DNA of 63,130 nucleotides, the filler included, from Octopus bimaculoides (taxonomy: Eukaryota): NCBI RefSeq assembly GCF_001194135.2. It is 6 parts of 4 records of this genome, joined end to end, with 100 filler letters (N's around TTAATTAATTAA, not from the genome) between each part and the next. Parts side by side here need not be neighbours in the genome. Positions count along the whole stretch, not along the records: positions 24,568 to 40,633 come from NC_068990.1; positions 40,734 to 54,187 come from NC_068989.1; 4 more parts are not named here. One strand, given 5' to 3'. Under the pieces are notes generated by a model. The model saw nothing but the letters and a program-made list of their open reading frames with translations. It was not told the origin of the DNA and did no database searches. A program made the translations under genes and the position numbers. Within the stretch, counting starts at the first letter, position 1. Each line of letters begins with the position of its first letter. Of the stretch, positions 38,024 to 49,957 are shown piece by piece.

Positions 38024-38452
38024 TCTAGGAGAGAAGAAATAGAGAGAGAGGAGAAATATGAGGAGGGAAAAGAGGAAGCAAGGAGGATAACGGAATATGA
38101 GAAGCAAAGAAAGCAACCGACTGGATGGTATTCAAAAACGTCTGGTTATTTTCCCTCAGAAACTACCCGCGTGTTGTCTATTGTCTATATATCGCAGTTT
38201 ACATACTTAAATATATGTATGACTTTTCCAAATGCTACTGTGTATGAATTATACGTACCGTAGAATTATATCCATCTCATTCTTTCAACAAAATGTGAAA
38301 CAGAAAACTTGCGATGTAGTCAATTTTTCTAGGAGGTTAAAACAATATGCTTCAATAGAATAGTCATGCACAACATTTTAAATCACATGTCTGTACAGGG
38401 TATCCCAGAATTAACTATTTCAGTGAAATAGGATAATTTTATTAAAAAAACT

Positions 38453-39131
38453 TGCCCTTATTTATGTTTGTCATGGTTAATGTAGTGGAGGCGCAATGGC
38501 CCACTGGTTAGGGCAGCGGTCATAGGATCGTGGTTTCGATTCCCAGACCGGGCGTTGTGAGTGTTTGTTGAGCGAAAATACCTAAAGCTCCACGAGGCTC
38601 CGGCAGGGGATGGTGGAGAACCCTGCTGTACTTTTCCACCACAACTTTCTCTCACTCTTACTTCCTGTTTCTGTTGTACTTGTAATTTCAAAGGGCCAGC
38701 CTTGTCACACTGTGTCACGCTGAATATCCCCGAGAGTTACGCTAAGGGTACACGTGTCTGTGGAGTGCTNNNNNNNNNNNNNNNNNNNNNNNNNNNNNNN
38801 NNNNNNNNNNNNNNTGCCCTTATTTATGTTTGTCATGGTTAATGTAGTGGAGGCGCAATGGCCCACTGGTTAGGGCAGCGGTCATAGGATCGTGGTTTCG
38901 ATTCCCAGACCGGGCGTTGTGAGTGTTTGTTGAGCGAAAATACCTAAAGCTCCACGAGGCTCCGGCAGGGGATGGTGGAGAACCCTGCTGTACTTTTCCA
39001 CCACAACTTTCTCTCACTCTTACTTCCTGTTTCTGTTGTACTTGTAATTTCAAAGGGCCAGCCTTGTCACACTGTGTCACGCTGAATATCCCCGAGAGTT
39101 ACGCTAAGGGTACACGTGTCTGTGGAGTGCT
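38453..39131. other. 317-bp exact duplication across a 45-N gap (probable assembly artefact)
   Basis: 38453-38769 matches 38815-39131; the first copy ends at the gap. Confidence 0.9.
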
Positions 39132-39213
39132 TAGCCATTTGCACGTTGATTTCACGAGCAGGCTGTTCCGATCAACTGATACCCTCGACGTCGTAAGCGA
39201 CGGAGTGCCAACA
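38847..39213 (+). mobile_element. SINE family C, full length (partial duplicate at 38485-38769)
   Basis: A-box GCGCAATGGCCCACTGGTTAG, B-box GGTTTCGATTCC; 3' part matches the reverse complement of 42664-42780. Confidence 0.85.
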
Positions 39214-40064
39214 GCATGTTTAATGTGTATTAAAATTGTATATACTTTTGAATTTGTTAATAATTAATAATTTTAATGTTTTTTTAATGATATTATTTTC
39301 GTTCCTATCGGATTCCACTTGTCTTTCCACAACAGCTGATTTCATTTTGACTCCAGTCATTTTCTCTACCCCCATCCCCAGGATGGAGTAATAGCTTACT
39401 TGAACTTAAGGAACTTCTGGAATGCTTCAAAATGCATTTCGCAAAGTTATGGATAGATTTGAAATTTTCAGGGTTAAAGTTTTGACATAAGATTTATTAA
39501 TCTATTTGCTTTGGTATAATAATTAAGTACGAAACAAAAATTCTGTCAGTTTAAAAAAATTCTCCCTATTGCATTGAAACAGAGAGTTAATTCTGGGACA
39601 CCCTGTATACAATAATATACATTATAAGTAAAAATAATTTAATAGAACTGCCTTGAGTGGTACAGTAAAAATTATTGAATGAATACACATTGACAACGTT
39701 TGTATTGTTGTGTAATTCACGAAAAAAATATGTATTTTAAGCTGTGTACACGATGGAATACGCTAATTCTTCAAGATCTTTCTCTGATGATTAGAAACGA
39801 ATCTCATCAGCCTTATATTTCACGCCCCCGTTTTGATAAAATATGTGGCGCGAACATATTGTTTACTTTTCATGGCAAAGATAAAATGTATATTCACAAG
39901 AAAAAATACACTTTGCATTACATTTTATACACACTCGCGCACACATAGATATATGCACATACAATACATTCAAGTATTGTATATATGCATATAGATGCAA
40001 ACGTGTATATGTATATTTACACGTACACATATATAATTATATATACATATATCATTATACATAC

Positions 40065-40122
<58 letters not shown>

Positions 40123-40602
40123 TAATATACATATGTATAAATATATGTATGAGTAAACATGTGTTGGATACGAAATAATATAACCAAATCAATGTTGTGT
40201 AATAAAATTCTTCCTAGATTCATCTGAATGCTTCCTTCATATTCACATTGACATAATGAAAACAAATTTATATTAATATTTCTACATTTTATTATCGCCT
40301 TGTTCGTTGTTCCTTGTTGTTCACTACAGTTATAGTTTGGCATCATTATCGGTTTGATAGATTAGGTTTCTGTTATGATTAACTTTGACAGCACAGAAAG
40401 CAACAATCTCATTAATAAAGTTAATAAATTGCAACTTCTTTTATTTATCTCCCTTGGTTTCGTTGTATCCTGTTTTGCTGATATGTTTCCTTTCATAAAT
40501 CTATTCTATAAGTTTTATACTTTTTCTTTACTACTCATGTCCTTCTAAATATAACTCATATGAGATTTATTTGTGAGGTAATACATACATACACACATAC
40601 AT

Positions 40603-40633
<31 letters not shown>

Positions 40634-40807
40634 NNNNNNNNNNNNNNNNNNNNNNNNNNNNNNNNNNNNNNNNNNNNTTAATTAATTAANNNNNNNNNNN
40701 NNNNNNNNNNNNNNNNNNNNNNNNNNNNNNNNNTATGTTCAGATATGTGTGTATATATATATATATATATGTATGTATGTGTATATATATATGTATGTAT
40801 ATGTGTA

Positions 40808-40841
<34 letters not shown>

Positions 40842-40946
40842 CATTGGTTGGGTTTGTAGTTATTTGTCTCTGTATCTCAAACATATATCAAAACGTATCT
40901 AATTTGTAGAAATGTACAACTGCAATCATATTACATCCAACACCCA

Positions 40947-40980
<34 letters not shown>

Positions 40981-41532
40981 GCACGCACGCATATACACAC
41001 ACACACTGTATTTATCAATCTCTTTTTTTTTCCCTTTTCCTTGAAATTACACCATCACATCCTTTTTTTTTTTCGTATTCCCTCAGAATTTTTATCGTTT
41101 TCTATATCCTCCTTCTTACATCCACAGGCACACATCCACACACAAACACATGCACGCACACAAACACACATGCACATGTGCGCACAGACATGAATACAGA
41201 GATACGGGTGTGCCAGTGTGCGTGCGTGCGTGCATGCGTGTATGCGCGTACGTACGCGTATATATGTATATGGAGAGACCGAGACACGTGCATGCGTTCT
41301 ACATTCACACTGTCTCACTCAGTCACACAACTCCTCTATTTCACTTCTCTCTCTCTCTCTCTTTCTTTCTTCCTTTCTTCCTTTCTTTCTTTCATTCATT
41401 CTTTCTTTCTCTTTCTCTTTCTCTCTATCTCTCTGTCTCTTTCTACCTTTCGCAATCTCACACCTTCATGCGCAGTTTCCTCCGAATGTTTCTTTCACTC
41501 TCAATTGTTTTTTTTTCTACCTCTCATATTCT

Positions 41533-41581
<49 letters not shown>

Positions 41582-42079
41582 NNNNNNNNNNNNNNNNNNN
41601 NNNNNNNNNNNNNNNNNNNNNNNNNNNNNNNNNNNNNNNNNNNNNNNNNNNNNNNNNNNNNNNNNNNNNNNNNNNNNNNNNNNNNNNNNNNNNNNNNNNN
41701 NNNNNNNNNNNNNNNNNNNNNNNNNNNNNNNNNNNNNNNNNNNNNNNNNNNNNNNNNNNNNNNNNNNNNNNNNNNNNNNNNNNNNNNNNNNNNNNNNNNN
41801 NNNNNNNNNNNNNNNNNNNNNNNNNNNNNNNNNNNNNNNNNNNNNNNNNNNNNNNNNNNNNNNNNNNNNNNNNNNNNNNNNNNNNNNNNNNNNNNNNNNN
41901 NNNNNNNNNNNNNNNNNNNNNNNNNNNNNNNNNNNNNNNNNNNNNNNNNNNNNNNNNNNNNNNNNNNNNNNNNNNNNNNNNNNNNNNNNNNNNNNNNNNN
42001 NNNNNNNNNNNNNNNNNNNNNNNNNNNNNNNNNNNNNNNNNNNNNNNNNNNNNNNNNNNNNNNNNNNNNNNNNNNNNNN

Positions 42080-42121
<42 letters not shown>

Positions 42122-42663
42122 TCTCTCTCTCTATCTATCTATCTATCTATCTCCCCCTCTCATTGTCTCTCACTCTCCCGCTTGCTTTCTCTTTCAATCA
42201 CCTTTTCTCCCTATTTACCATATATTCTCTCTCTCTATCTTTCTATAGACCAATCTCTCTTCCCTTCAGATTGAACCATTATTCAACGTTATTCTCTAGC
42301 ACTTTTCAACTTTATGTATCTATTTGGTTGTCTCTACTCATTTACCAACCTATCAATCTATAAATCTAGCTTTCTAGCTTTAGGTCTACACGAATTCCAC
42401 TCTTCGTTATCTATTTGTATTTATCTATCGTTCTATCTATCCAAATATTTATCAATCTAAGTATCTATATCTATATTTCTGATATCTACCTGTCTATCTA
42501 ACTATCAAGCTATGTGCCTATCAATCAACAAGTTTATCTATTTGATTGTCTTACTGACGTATCTATTTATCGATCTATTTCTGTATTTGTACATAAGCTA
42601 TTTCTGCATCTGTATCTAAGTTTTTTATTTATCAATTTATTTTGACATACCTATCCATCTATC

Positions 42664-42780
42664 TGTTATGTCCGGTGCTCCGTCGGTTACGACGACAAAA
42701 TTTCCAGTTGATCCGATCCACGGAACACCCTAGTCGTGAAATTAACCTGCAGGTGGCTGAGCACTCCACAGACACGCGTA
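42664..42780 (-). mobile_element. SINE family C 3' fragment
   Basis: Reverse complement GTACGCGTGTCTGTGGAGTGCTCAGCCAC...GTCGTAACCGACGGAG matches 39110-39205. Confidence 0.85.
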
Positions 42781-42897
42781 CTTTTATCTATCTATCTATC
42801 TATCTATCAATCTATCTATCTGTCTATGTATCTATATGTTTATCTATTTATCAATCAATTAATCAAACAATTTACCTATCTATCAATTTATCTATCT

Positions 42898-42972
42898 GCC
42901 CTTTTGTTTTTGTCTGGATTTTTTTTTTAACACTATAAAGGAGTAAAAAAATCCAGACAAAAACAAAAAGGC
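42898..42972. repeat. 75-nt hairpin with 28-bp stem
   Basis: GCCCTTTTGTTTTTGTCTGGATTTTTTT pairs with AAAAAAATCCAGACAAAAACAAAAAGGC, one mismatch. Confidence 0.9.
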
Positions 42973-43382
42973 AAAAGAGAGTCATTTACTGTTATAGTTT
43001 CTGCAATGACAATATTGACCAAGGTTACCGTGGTCTTTTCCGTAGGCTTTTCTTTCCACGGCTAAACCTAAACTGTCCTCTCCTCTTTTTACACGGGAAC
43101 ATTACTGTGATACACGATCCCTATTGATCGCCTTTTTTTGTTCTCGATCCCTTTTGATCGACACCCACCCTACTTTTTTTCCTTCCCCCTCCCAAAAAGA
43201 AAAGCTCTACATTGTATTCGTCCCATCTTTGTTGAGCCCTGTGTGGCTAATAAAAGAAATGTATCTATCTATCAATCAATTTATCTATCTATCCATCTAT
43301 CTATCTATCTATCTATCAGTTTGCTTATCTATCAATCTATCTATCAATTTATCTCTCTCTCTATCTATTTATCTGTCTATCT

Positions 43383-43634
43383 CAGTAGTTCTCAACCGGA
43401 GACCTCTGGAAGTCCATATAAGATTTTGCGATCAAAATTAATTTGCAATGAATTGGTTAAACTTCAACAATGCATAAAATATTTTAACAATTTTTTAAAA
43501 ACAATTCCTAAATAATATTTACGTATAAAAATACAATAGGATTTTTTTTTAAACATCAAATGGCTACGGGGTCCTCCCGAGGAAAACAGGAATTCAAGGG
43601 AGTCCACGGACAAGAATATAGTTGACAACCTCTG
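43383..43634. mobile_element. hAT-type MITE
   Basis: Termini CAGTAGTTCTCAACC and AGTTGACAACCTCTG resemble the CAGTGGTTCTCAACC hAT terminus; 8-bp TSD not recognisable. Confidence 0.65.
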
Positions 43635-43741
43635 ATCTTGACAGATAGATAGACAGAAGACAGGCAGATAGATAGATAGACAGAAGACAGACAGATAGAC
43701 AGAAGACAGGCAGATAGATAGATAATAGACAGAAGACAGGC

Positions 43742-43813
<72 letters not shown>

Positions 43814-44329
43814 ACAAAGGCAGAGATAGAAAGAGAGAGAGTACATTCAACAATTCCTTCTGTTACTCCCAAACTTTTTCTCCCACTTCATCGTTTCCCT
43901 TCACAAACTTTGCCACATTTTTCCCCTCTCTCTTCTCCTCACCTCCATCTCCATATCCCCTAATCTCAACCTTTAATTTATTACATCTCGTATTCCCCTT
44001 GCACAACCCCTTTTTTTCTTTTCTTTTTTGTCTTTTTTACTGCATCTTTATCATAGTATTTTCATTCCAATCACATTATATAACGCAGCCATTGCACATT
44101 CCATCACTCTGTTCGCAACTCTCTCTGTCTCTCTCGTAACCACTCACTCTTTCTCTCTCTCTCTCTCTCTCATCCTGTCTCTCTTTCAACCTCTTTGTTT
44201 CTCTTTCACGCTATCGCTCACTTTTTCCCCCTCGCATCGCATTCTTTCTAACGTTGTCACAGTGTGAAGCAATCTCATAGCGAAAAGAGAAGGAAAAAGA
44301 AAAACGAATAACTAAATGAATACAAAAAT

Positions 44330-44368
44330 AAACAACAACAGCAACAACAACAAAAACAACAACAACAA

Positions 44369-44457
<89 letters not shown>
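44330..44457. repeat. (AAC)n-(AAT)n microsatellite
   Basis: Direct reading. Confidence 0.95.
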
Positions 44458-44924
44458 TTTCCTTTTTTGCCACAAGGGTATCACATATACAAAATATTTA
44501 AATACACTAGCGAAATCAAAACATTCAGGTGTACGGATACAAAAAAAATCCAACCATCAAAGACGTAATACAAAATACACACACACACACACATAAAAAC
44601 AAAAAACAAAACATAATAAGAATAAGAACGGCAACAACAACAACATATAAGGATAACCACAACGACAATAGCAATAACAACTACAATAAAAATAAAAGGA
44701 GCTGCAAGCCGATTCGGTATTCTGTATGATCCAGTCTAGCCAACCATAACCTCTGTCCTTTAAGCCTAAATTTAACCGCCAATATGAAAGGTTACTGAAA
44801 ACACGTATAGACACACACCAATCACTGCCGTCGCCATCAACGTAATCATCAGCCATTGCACATACCCACCTTCAGTTCTGTTCCGCTTCCATTCCTTCTT
44901 TCTCACCATCCTCTTTCTCTGTAT

Positions 44925-44965
<41 letters not shown>

Positions 44966-45138
44966 CATCTATCTATCCATCTATCTATCCATCTATCTAC
45001 CTATCCATCCATCCATCTATCCATCTATCTATCCCTCTATCTATCTTATCTATCTATCTATCTATCTATCTATCNNNNNNNNNNTCCATCTACCTATCTA
45101 TCTCTATCTATCTATCTATCTATCCATCTAGTTATCCC

Positions 45139-45198
<60 letters not shown>

Positions 45199-45199
45199 A

Positions 45200-45237
<38 letters not shown>
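44925..45237. repeat. (TATC)n/(TCCA)n tetranucleotide array
   Basis: Direct reading. Confidence 0.95.
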
Positions 45238-45646
45238 GTCCGTCTATCTCCATCTCTCGTTATTTCGCCTGTTTTAACCGGCGGAGTGAAAACAATCACG
45301 GAGCACAGCGTTTGTTTTAATGTCCCTTTGTCACCATGGGAACGGGAGCATGGGCAACAAATGTAAATTCTTGTGCATACAGGAATGCATACCCTGTGCA
45401 TGAATGAATAGTTTTCTAAAGTTTGATCCAGAATTTTTCTGATCTCGACGCTCGGGAATAATGCAGCTTGCAACCTGTTTATGCCACTGTGGCCATCCAT
45501 CAAACCGGATATTGCCCGCATATACATGTACATACATATGTGCGTATGTGCGTAAATGCGTGTTTGTATGTGTGTGTATATATATATATACGACAGTATA
45601 TATACATATATGTGCGTGCCTGGTATTTCATGTGCGTGTATGTATG

Positions 45647-45712
<66 letters not shown>

Positions 45713-45870
45713 TACGCACACACGAATCTACATACGTATTCACTAACCAACGCATGCTCAGTCACGCGCGTATACATACAAGCAGAAGCAAGTACACACA
45801 CAAAGTGGTATACACACTCACATTCATACATACACACACACACACACTCACACACATACACATATATATA

Positions 45871-46150
<280 letters not shown>

Positions 46151-46360
46151 CTGTGTTTGTGCAAAAACGTACATATTAATAGACAATAATGTGTCAACGC
46201 ACGCATATTCATGAATATACAGACATGCACACACGTTTATACATATAGTTATCATGCATTTACATTTGAGCTAAGAACAGGTTCATACGATCTCTTGCGT
46301 GTTCCTAATCGTTATCGTGTTCCGTCATAGGAGAACAGCTTCACCTCTCTCTCCTTTCAG

Positions 46361-46479
46361 ACGAACGTCTGTTCATAACACACTCGACTGCCTCGTGGTC
46401 TCAGCAAACAAAAAAGCAAAAGGCGTTCTTCCAGAGTCTGGCGTGGGAGATGCGCTGGAACAGTCACACTGACTCATAA
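46361..46479 (+). CDS. Possible alternative terminal exon (xERLFITHSTASWSQQTKKQKAFFQSLAWEMRWNSHTDS*)
   Basis: Strong acceptor CTCTCTCTCCTTTCAG ending 46360; phase-1 open frame to TAA 46477-79; its start is paralogous to 46897. Confidence 0.25.
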
Positions 46480-46628
46480 GGCTCACATTTGCGAAGAGCC
46501 ATCTCCATCCCAATATTGTAAATATGTTAACAAAAAATTATAATTTTTGTGTAAAAATAATTAGAAATAAAGTAAACTGAGTTAGACACACTCGACTCAT
46601 CAGCGTAAGTATCATTGCCACGCCCGAT

Positions 46629-46654
46629 GTTTCGACATTTTTGTGTCTCTTCAG
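46629..46654 (-). ncRNA. Hammerhead core-like motif
   Basis: Minus strand CTGAAGA GACA caaaaa TGTC GAAAC: core and stem II perfect; stems I and III not convincingly closed. Confidence 0.35.
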
Positions 46655-46896
46655 TCAAAGGTATTCCTGACTAATTGATTTAATACGAATCTGTGGCTCT
46701 TGTTTATAACTTCGGCAAACGAATTATTTGCAGATGCATGCTGATTTCTCAAATCGATAATAAATGGTCACATGCGCAATGAACATCGAGAATCAAGATG
46801 ATGGCGTGCATATTGTTTTTCTAATATGTTCCTGCGGAGACAAATTTGAATATGCTAATCGCTGTGGTTTCGCTGTAGGAGGACAATTCATTTCAG

Positions 46897-46969
46897 ACGG
46901 ATGTGTATTCATAACACACTCAATTTATCGTGAAACGCCCGTATTTGAAAATACGCTAATAAAAGCAAT
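46897..46969 (+). CDS. Candidate coding exon (DGCVFITHSIYRETPVFENTLIKA); may start at 46879 or further upstream
   Basis: Acceptor ATTTCAG at 46896 (alternative CTGTAG at 46878), donor GTGAGT at 46970; frame open from 46764. Confidence 0.4.
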
Positions 46970-47084
46970 GTGAGTGTGTATGTGTGTTTGCCTGTATGTC
47001 TCTATGCGTAAGTTCATTTCTTTATGTGATATGGTGAATGCGTGTGTGTACGTGCATTTTTAATTACATTTTCGTGTGTCTTAG

Positions 47085-47229
47085 TGAATATGCAGAAAGC
47101 CAAGGCATAGAAGTTGAATTTAGTAGGACTGAACTTATGCGGAAGAACATCGGATGGACTAAAGACAGCAAAGCGAAGGACAGCCTCGTCGTATATTGTC
47201 TCACGCTGAATATACCTGACGATTGGTAA
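47085..47229 (+). CDS. Candidate coding exon (IEYAESQGIEVEFSRTELMRKNIGWTKDSKAKDSLVVYCLTLNIPDDW*)
   Basis: Acceptor TTTTCGTGTGTCTTAG ending 47084; removing the 115-nt intron 46970-47084 joins AT+T in frame; many G-starting codons; the other two + frames close immediately. Confidence 0.4.
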
Positions 47230-47269
47230 TCCAGTTGATTGAACAACCGTAATAATCATCGTCGAAATC

Positions 47270-47580
47270 TGTTGCCCCGGGGCCGACAGGGAGTCGAGTC
47301 GGAGGGAGACTGACTGGACGAAACCGACAGCCCCCCCCCCGCGTCTGTCATTGGACTCTCTTTCGGCGGCGGTCTCCGTGGGGACCAAGCTTCCCGGACG
47401 CAACGTGGGACGCGAGCGTAGGCCCAGACGGCTGGCACCCGCGCTCCACCACCACTACTCCCAGGGCCAGTTGAAGCGGGTGACCCGCGCAGTGCGAACG
47501 CAAGCTCAGGGCTCCTGGAGTTCCCGGTATATTAGAGTGAGACGGGCCACACCAACACCTGGTCTTTCGATGCCTCTAGG
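47270..47580. promoter_or_regulatory. Isolated GC/CpG-rich island (possible promoter/first exon or unrecognised element)
   Basis: About 310 bp strongly GC- and CpG-rich in an AT-rich background; no second copy in the window. Confidence 0.4.
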
Positions 47581-47789
47581 GAAGTAAATTTTATTGCATA
47601 ATTTAAGATCAAGTTTCCATGCGGTGATAATTCTCTCTCTTTTACTCCTATTATTTTCGGACGCCCTAAAAAAAGATTAAGCATAATGTACACAGCTCTT
47701 CCTTCCATAATAAAATGGTAAAAAAAAATGTTTCCTTCGTTAGCTCGAGTCAGGAAGAGAATCGTTCATTCATTCATTCATTCATTTAC

Positions 47790-48012
47790 TTTACTACTCT
47801 TTTACTCTTTTACTTGTTTCAGTCATTTGACTGTGGCCATGCTGGAGCACCGCCTTTTTCGTTGAGCAAATCGACCCCAGGACTTATTCTTTGTAAGCCT
47901 AGTACTTATTTTATCGGTCTCTTTTACCTAACTGCTAGGTTACGGGAACGTAAACACACCACCATCGGTTGTCAAGCAATGTTGTGGGGGACAAACACAG
48001 GCACACAAACAT

Positions 48013-48045
<33 letters not shown>

Positions 48046-48236
48046 NNNNNNNNNNNATATATATATATATATATATACGACGGGCTTCTTTCAGTTTCCG
48101 TCTACCAAATCCACTCACAAGGCTTTGGTCGGCCCGAGGCTATAGTAGAAGACACTTGCCCAAGTTGCCACGCAGTAGGACTGAACCCGGAACCATGTGG
48201 TTCGTAAGCAAGCTACTTACTAAACATCCACTCCTA
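47790..48236 (-). mobile_element. SINE family B, complete: head 48078-48236, internal TA/CA microsatellite, tail 47790-48010
   Basis: Head and tail each match other copies (45871, 7385, 11968, 54288). Confidence 0.93.
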
Positions 48237-48549
48237 TATGTATGATATTATACCAAACTGCAAATTTTCGAATCGTAGTTCTATACGGAATCGATTTAAC
48301 AAGAGGCATTTCACCGACAAAGACAGTGAAATTGAGGTCAGTTATTAATTAATGTAACTGATTTGAACTTCATTACAACTGAGAAAAGTGGTTGTGCAAT
48401 CGTTCTATTTTGATTGTTTGTAGAGAATGCAACAGCGTTTCCTCACCACGACGACAGAATTTTCAGACGCAGATCTATGCTATCGCGTGATTAACAGATG
48501 CTTAACCAACCGCACTAGCGATAGAAAAGGTTTCTATATTATTATTATT

Positions 48550-48957
48550 GAGTGAGAGAGCAGTGCATGCCATCAAAGTGATACTGGGGTAAAATACACG
48601 AAGCCCATTATACCCATCATGACTACCCGCCTGATAAGGGTACACCAGGCACATGCATCACAACCATATGTGCGCGACATGGTGAGCTCATATCAAGATA
48701 ACAGCGCATGACCTCGCAGGTGGGGCCCAGTTAGAATTTTCTTCAGAACGAGTAGCCCATCCCGCTCAAAAGGTCCTTGAATAAAGGTTGTTTGAGGATG
48801 TCGAATGAAATACCTATGTTTCCAAAGGGGAATTATCCAAACCCCAAAGACTACCTCTCAACACATGGCTATGATGCTCCCCCACTACTTCTGTTCATGA
48901 TCAGAGATGCATATACCGTCAGCAACCAAGGGACATGCTCAACTTGTTACGGTCAAA

Positions 48958-48958
<1 letters not shown>
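48550..48958 (-). mobile_element. Non-LTR 3'-end-like repeat flanked on both sides by (TAA)n
   Basis: Homologous to 9880-10190; minus strand ends ...CTCTCACTC+AATAATAAT; (TAT)n at 48536-48550 and 48958-48993. Confidence 0.75.
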
Positions 48959-48995
<37 letters not shown>

Positions 48996-49957
48996 GGACC
49001 AATTTAGATTCAAAATAACATTCCTCATTGGAGGATTCCCTTTCTCTGTTGCCGCTACATAGGCTTCTTTTCTACTTATTTAACCAACGTGAGAACCCTT
49101 AAGCTGTCGCTTGATCTACCTCAAATGGTAGTCAAACCTCTTTGGATTCACACTCAAAAGGAAATGAGTCCTTGATGCATCATGCTTTGAAGAAGTTCGC
49201 AATTTTCAGTGTACACGACAATAACAATAAGAATTATAACAAGCAGCAAAGCAATGCAACGCAACGCATTCAAAGAAGCCGAGTTTTCAACGAAACTTGA
49301 CAACTAATTGTGACGTAACATGTTGTTCTCGTATATTCTTCTCTATCAGTTAACGTTATTGTTGTTATTGCTTACGACGTTGCAGTTGTTGTAGTTGTTG
49401 TTGTTGTAGTTGTTGTTGTAGCTGTTATTGATATTGTTGCTGTTGTTTTATAGTGTTTGCTATTCTTGAATATACTTCGAGGCCAGATGTATAAAATTTA
49501 TAGCAACACTAAACATATGTGCACACGAGGCGATGTCGTGTTTCACTGACAACTAATCACACGTAACCGAAACCAGTCTTGGAGTGTTAAAGAAAATAAT
49601 ATCTGCCCTGGCTGGGTATAGATTCTTCCAATACTATTATTATTCCATTCACACATCATGTACAACTCTTACATATCTAATTCCCACCACAAGCGTTAAA
49701 TCTCCCTGAATTCTTTTCATTCTTTGCTTTTGTTTCGTACACATCACTGTTACTTCGTCGGCTTCGGTGTATACCAGCGTTTTAGAGACCGGATTAAATG
49801 TAAATGATTGATAAGAAATAGAAGCATCACGGTTTGTGCTGACCTGAATGTATAATCAACGTTTGTTGTAAAAACCTTCAAGTTCCCTCGAAGCTGTTCT
49901 GACGCAATTCTGAATATTTTAACAAATTGTAACTGGAATCTTTTCCCCTCATTGAAC

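Larger units (their letters stand above)
38396..39605 (+). mobile_element. Non-autonomous Tc1/mariner-superfamily element with both TIRs, carrying a SINE insertion
   Basis: TA-CAGGGTATCCCAGAATTAACT at 38394 and AGTTAATTCTGGGACACCCTG-TA ending 39607; internal part homologous to 19810-20710. Confidence 0.85.

Noticed and set aside
47212-47264. DFDDDYYGC resemblance to the ecto-ADP-ribosyltransferase N-terminal motif
   Set aside because: Too short, the acceptor is weak and no other ART motifs are seen.
47305-47328. Hammerhead-like CTGACTGGACGAAAC in the GC island
   Set aside because: It does not fit CUGANGA and leaves no room for stem II.
47014-47403. 129-aa minus-strand ORF as a single-exon gene
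   Set aside because: It starts at TTG, ends in microsatellite-like sequence, and its distal half is the in-register antisense of the better-supported + strand frame.
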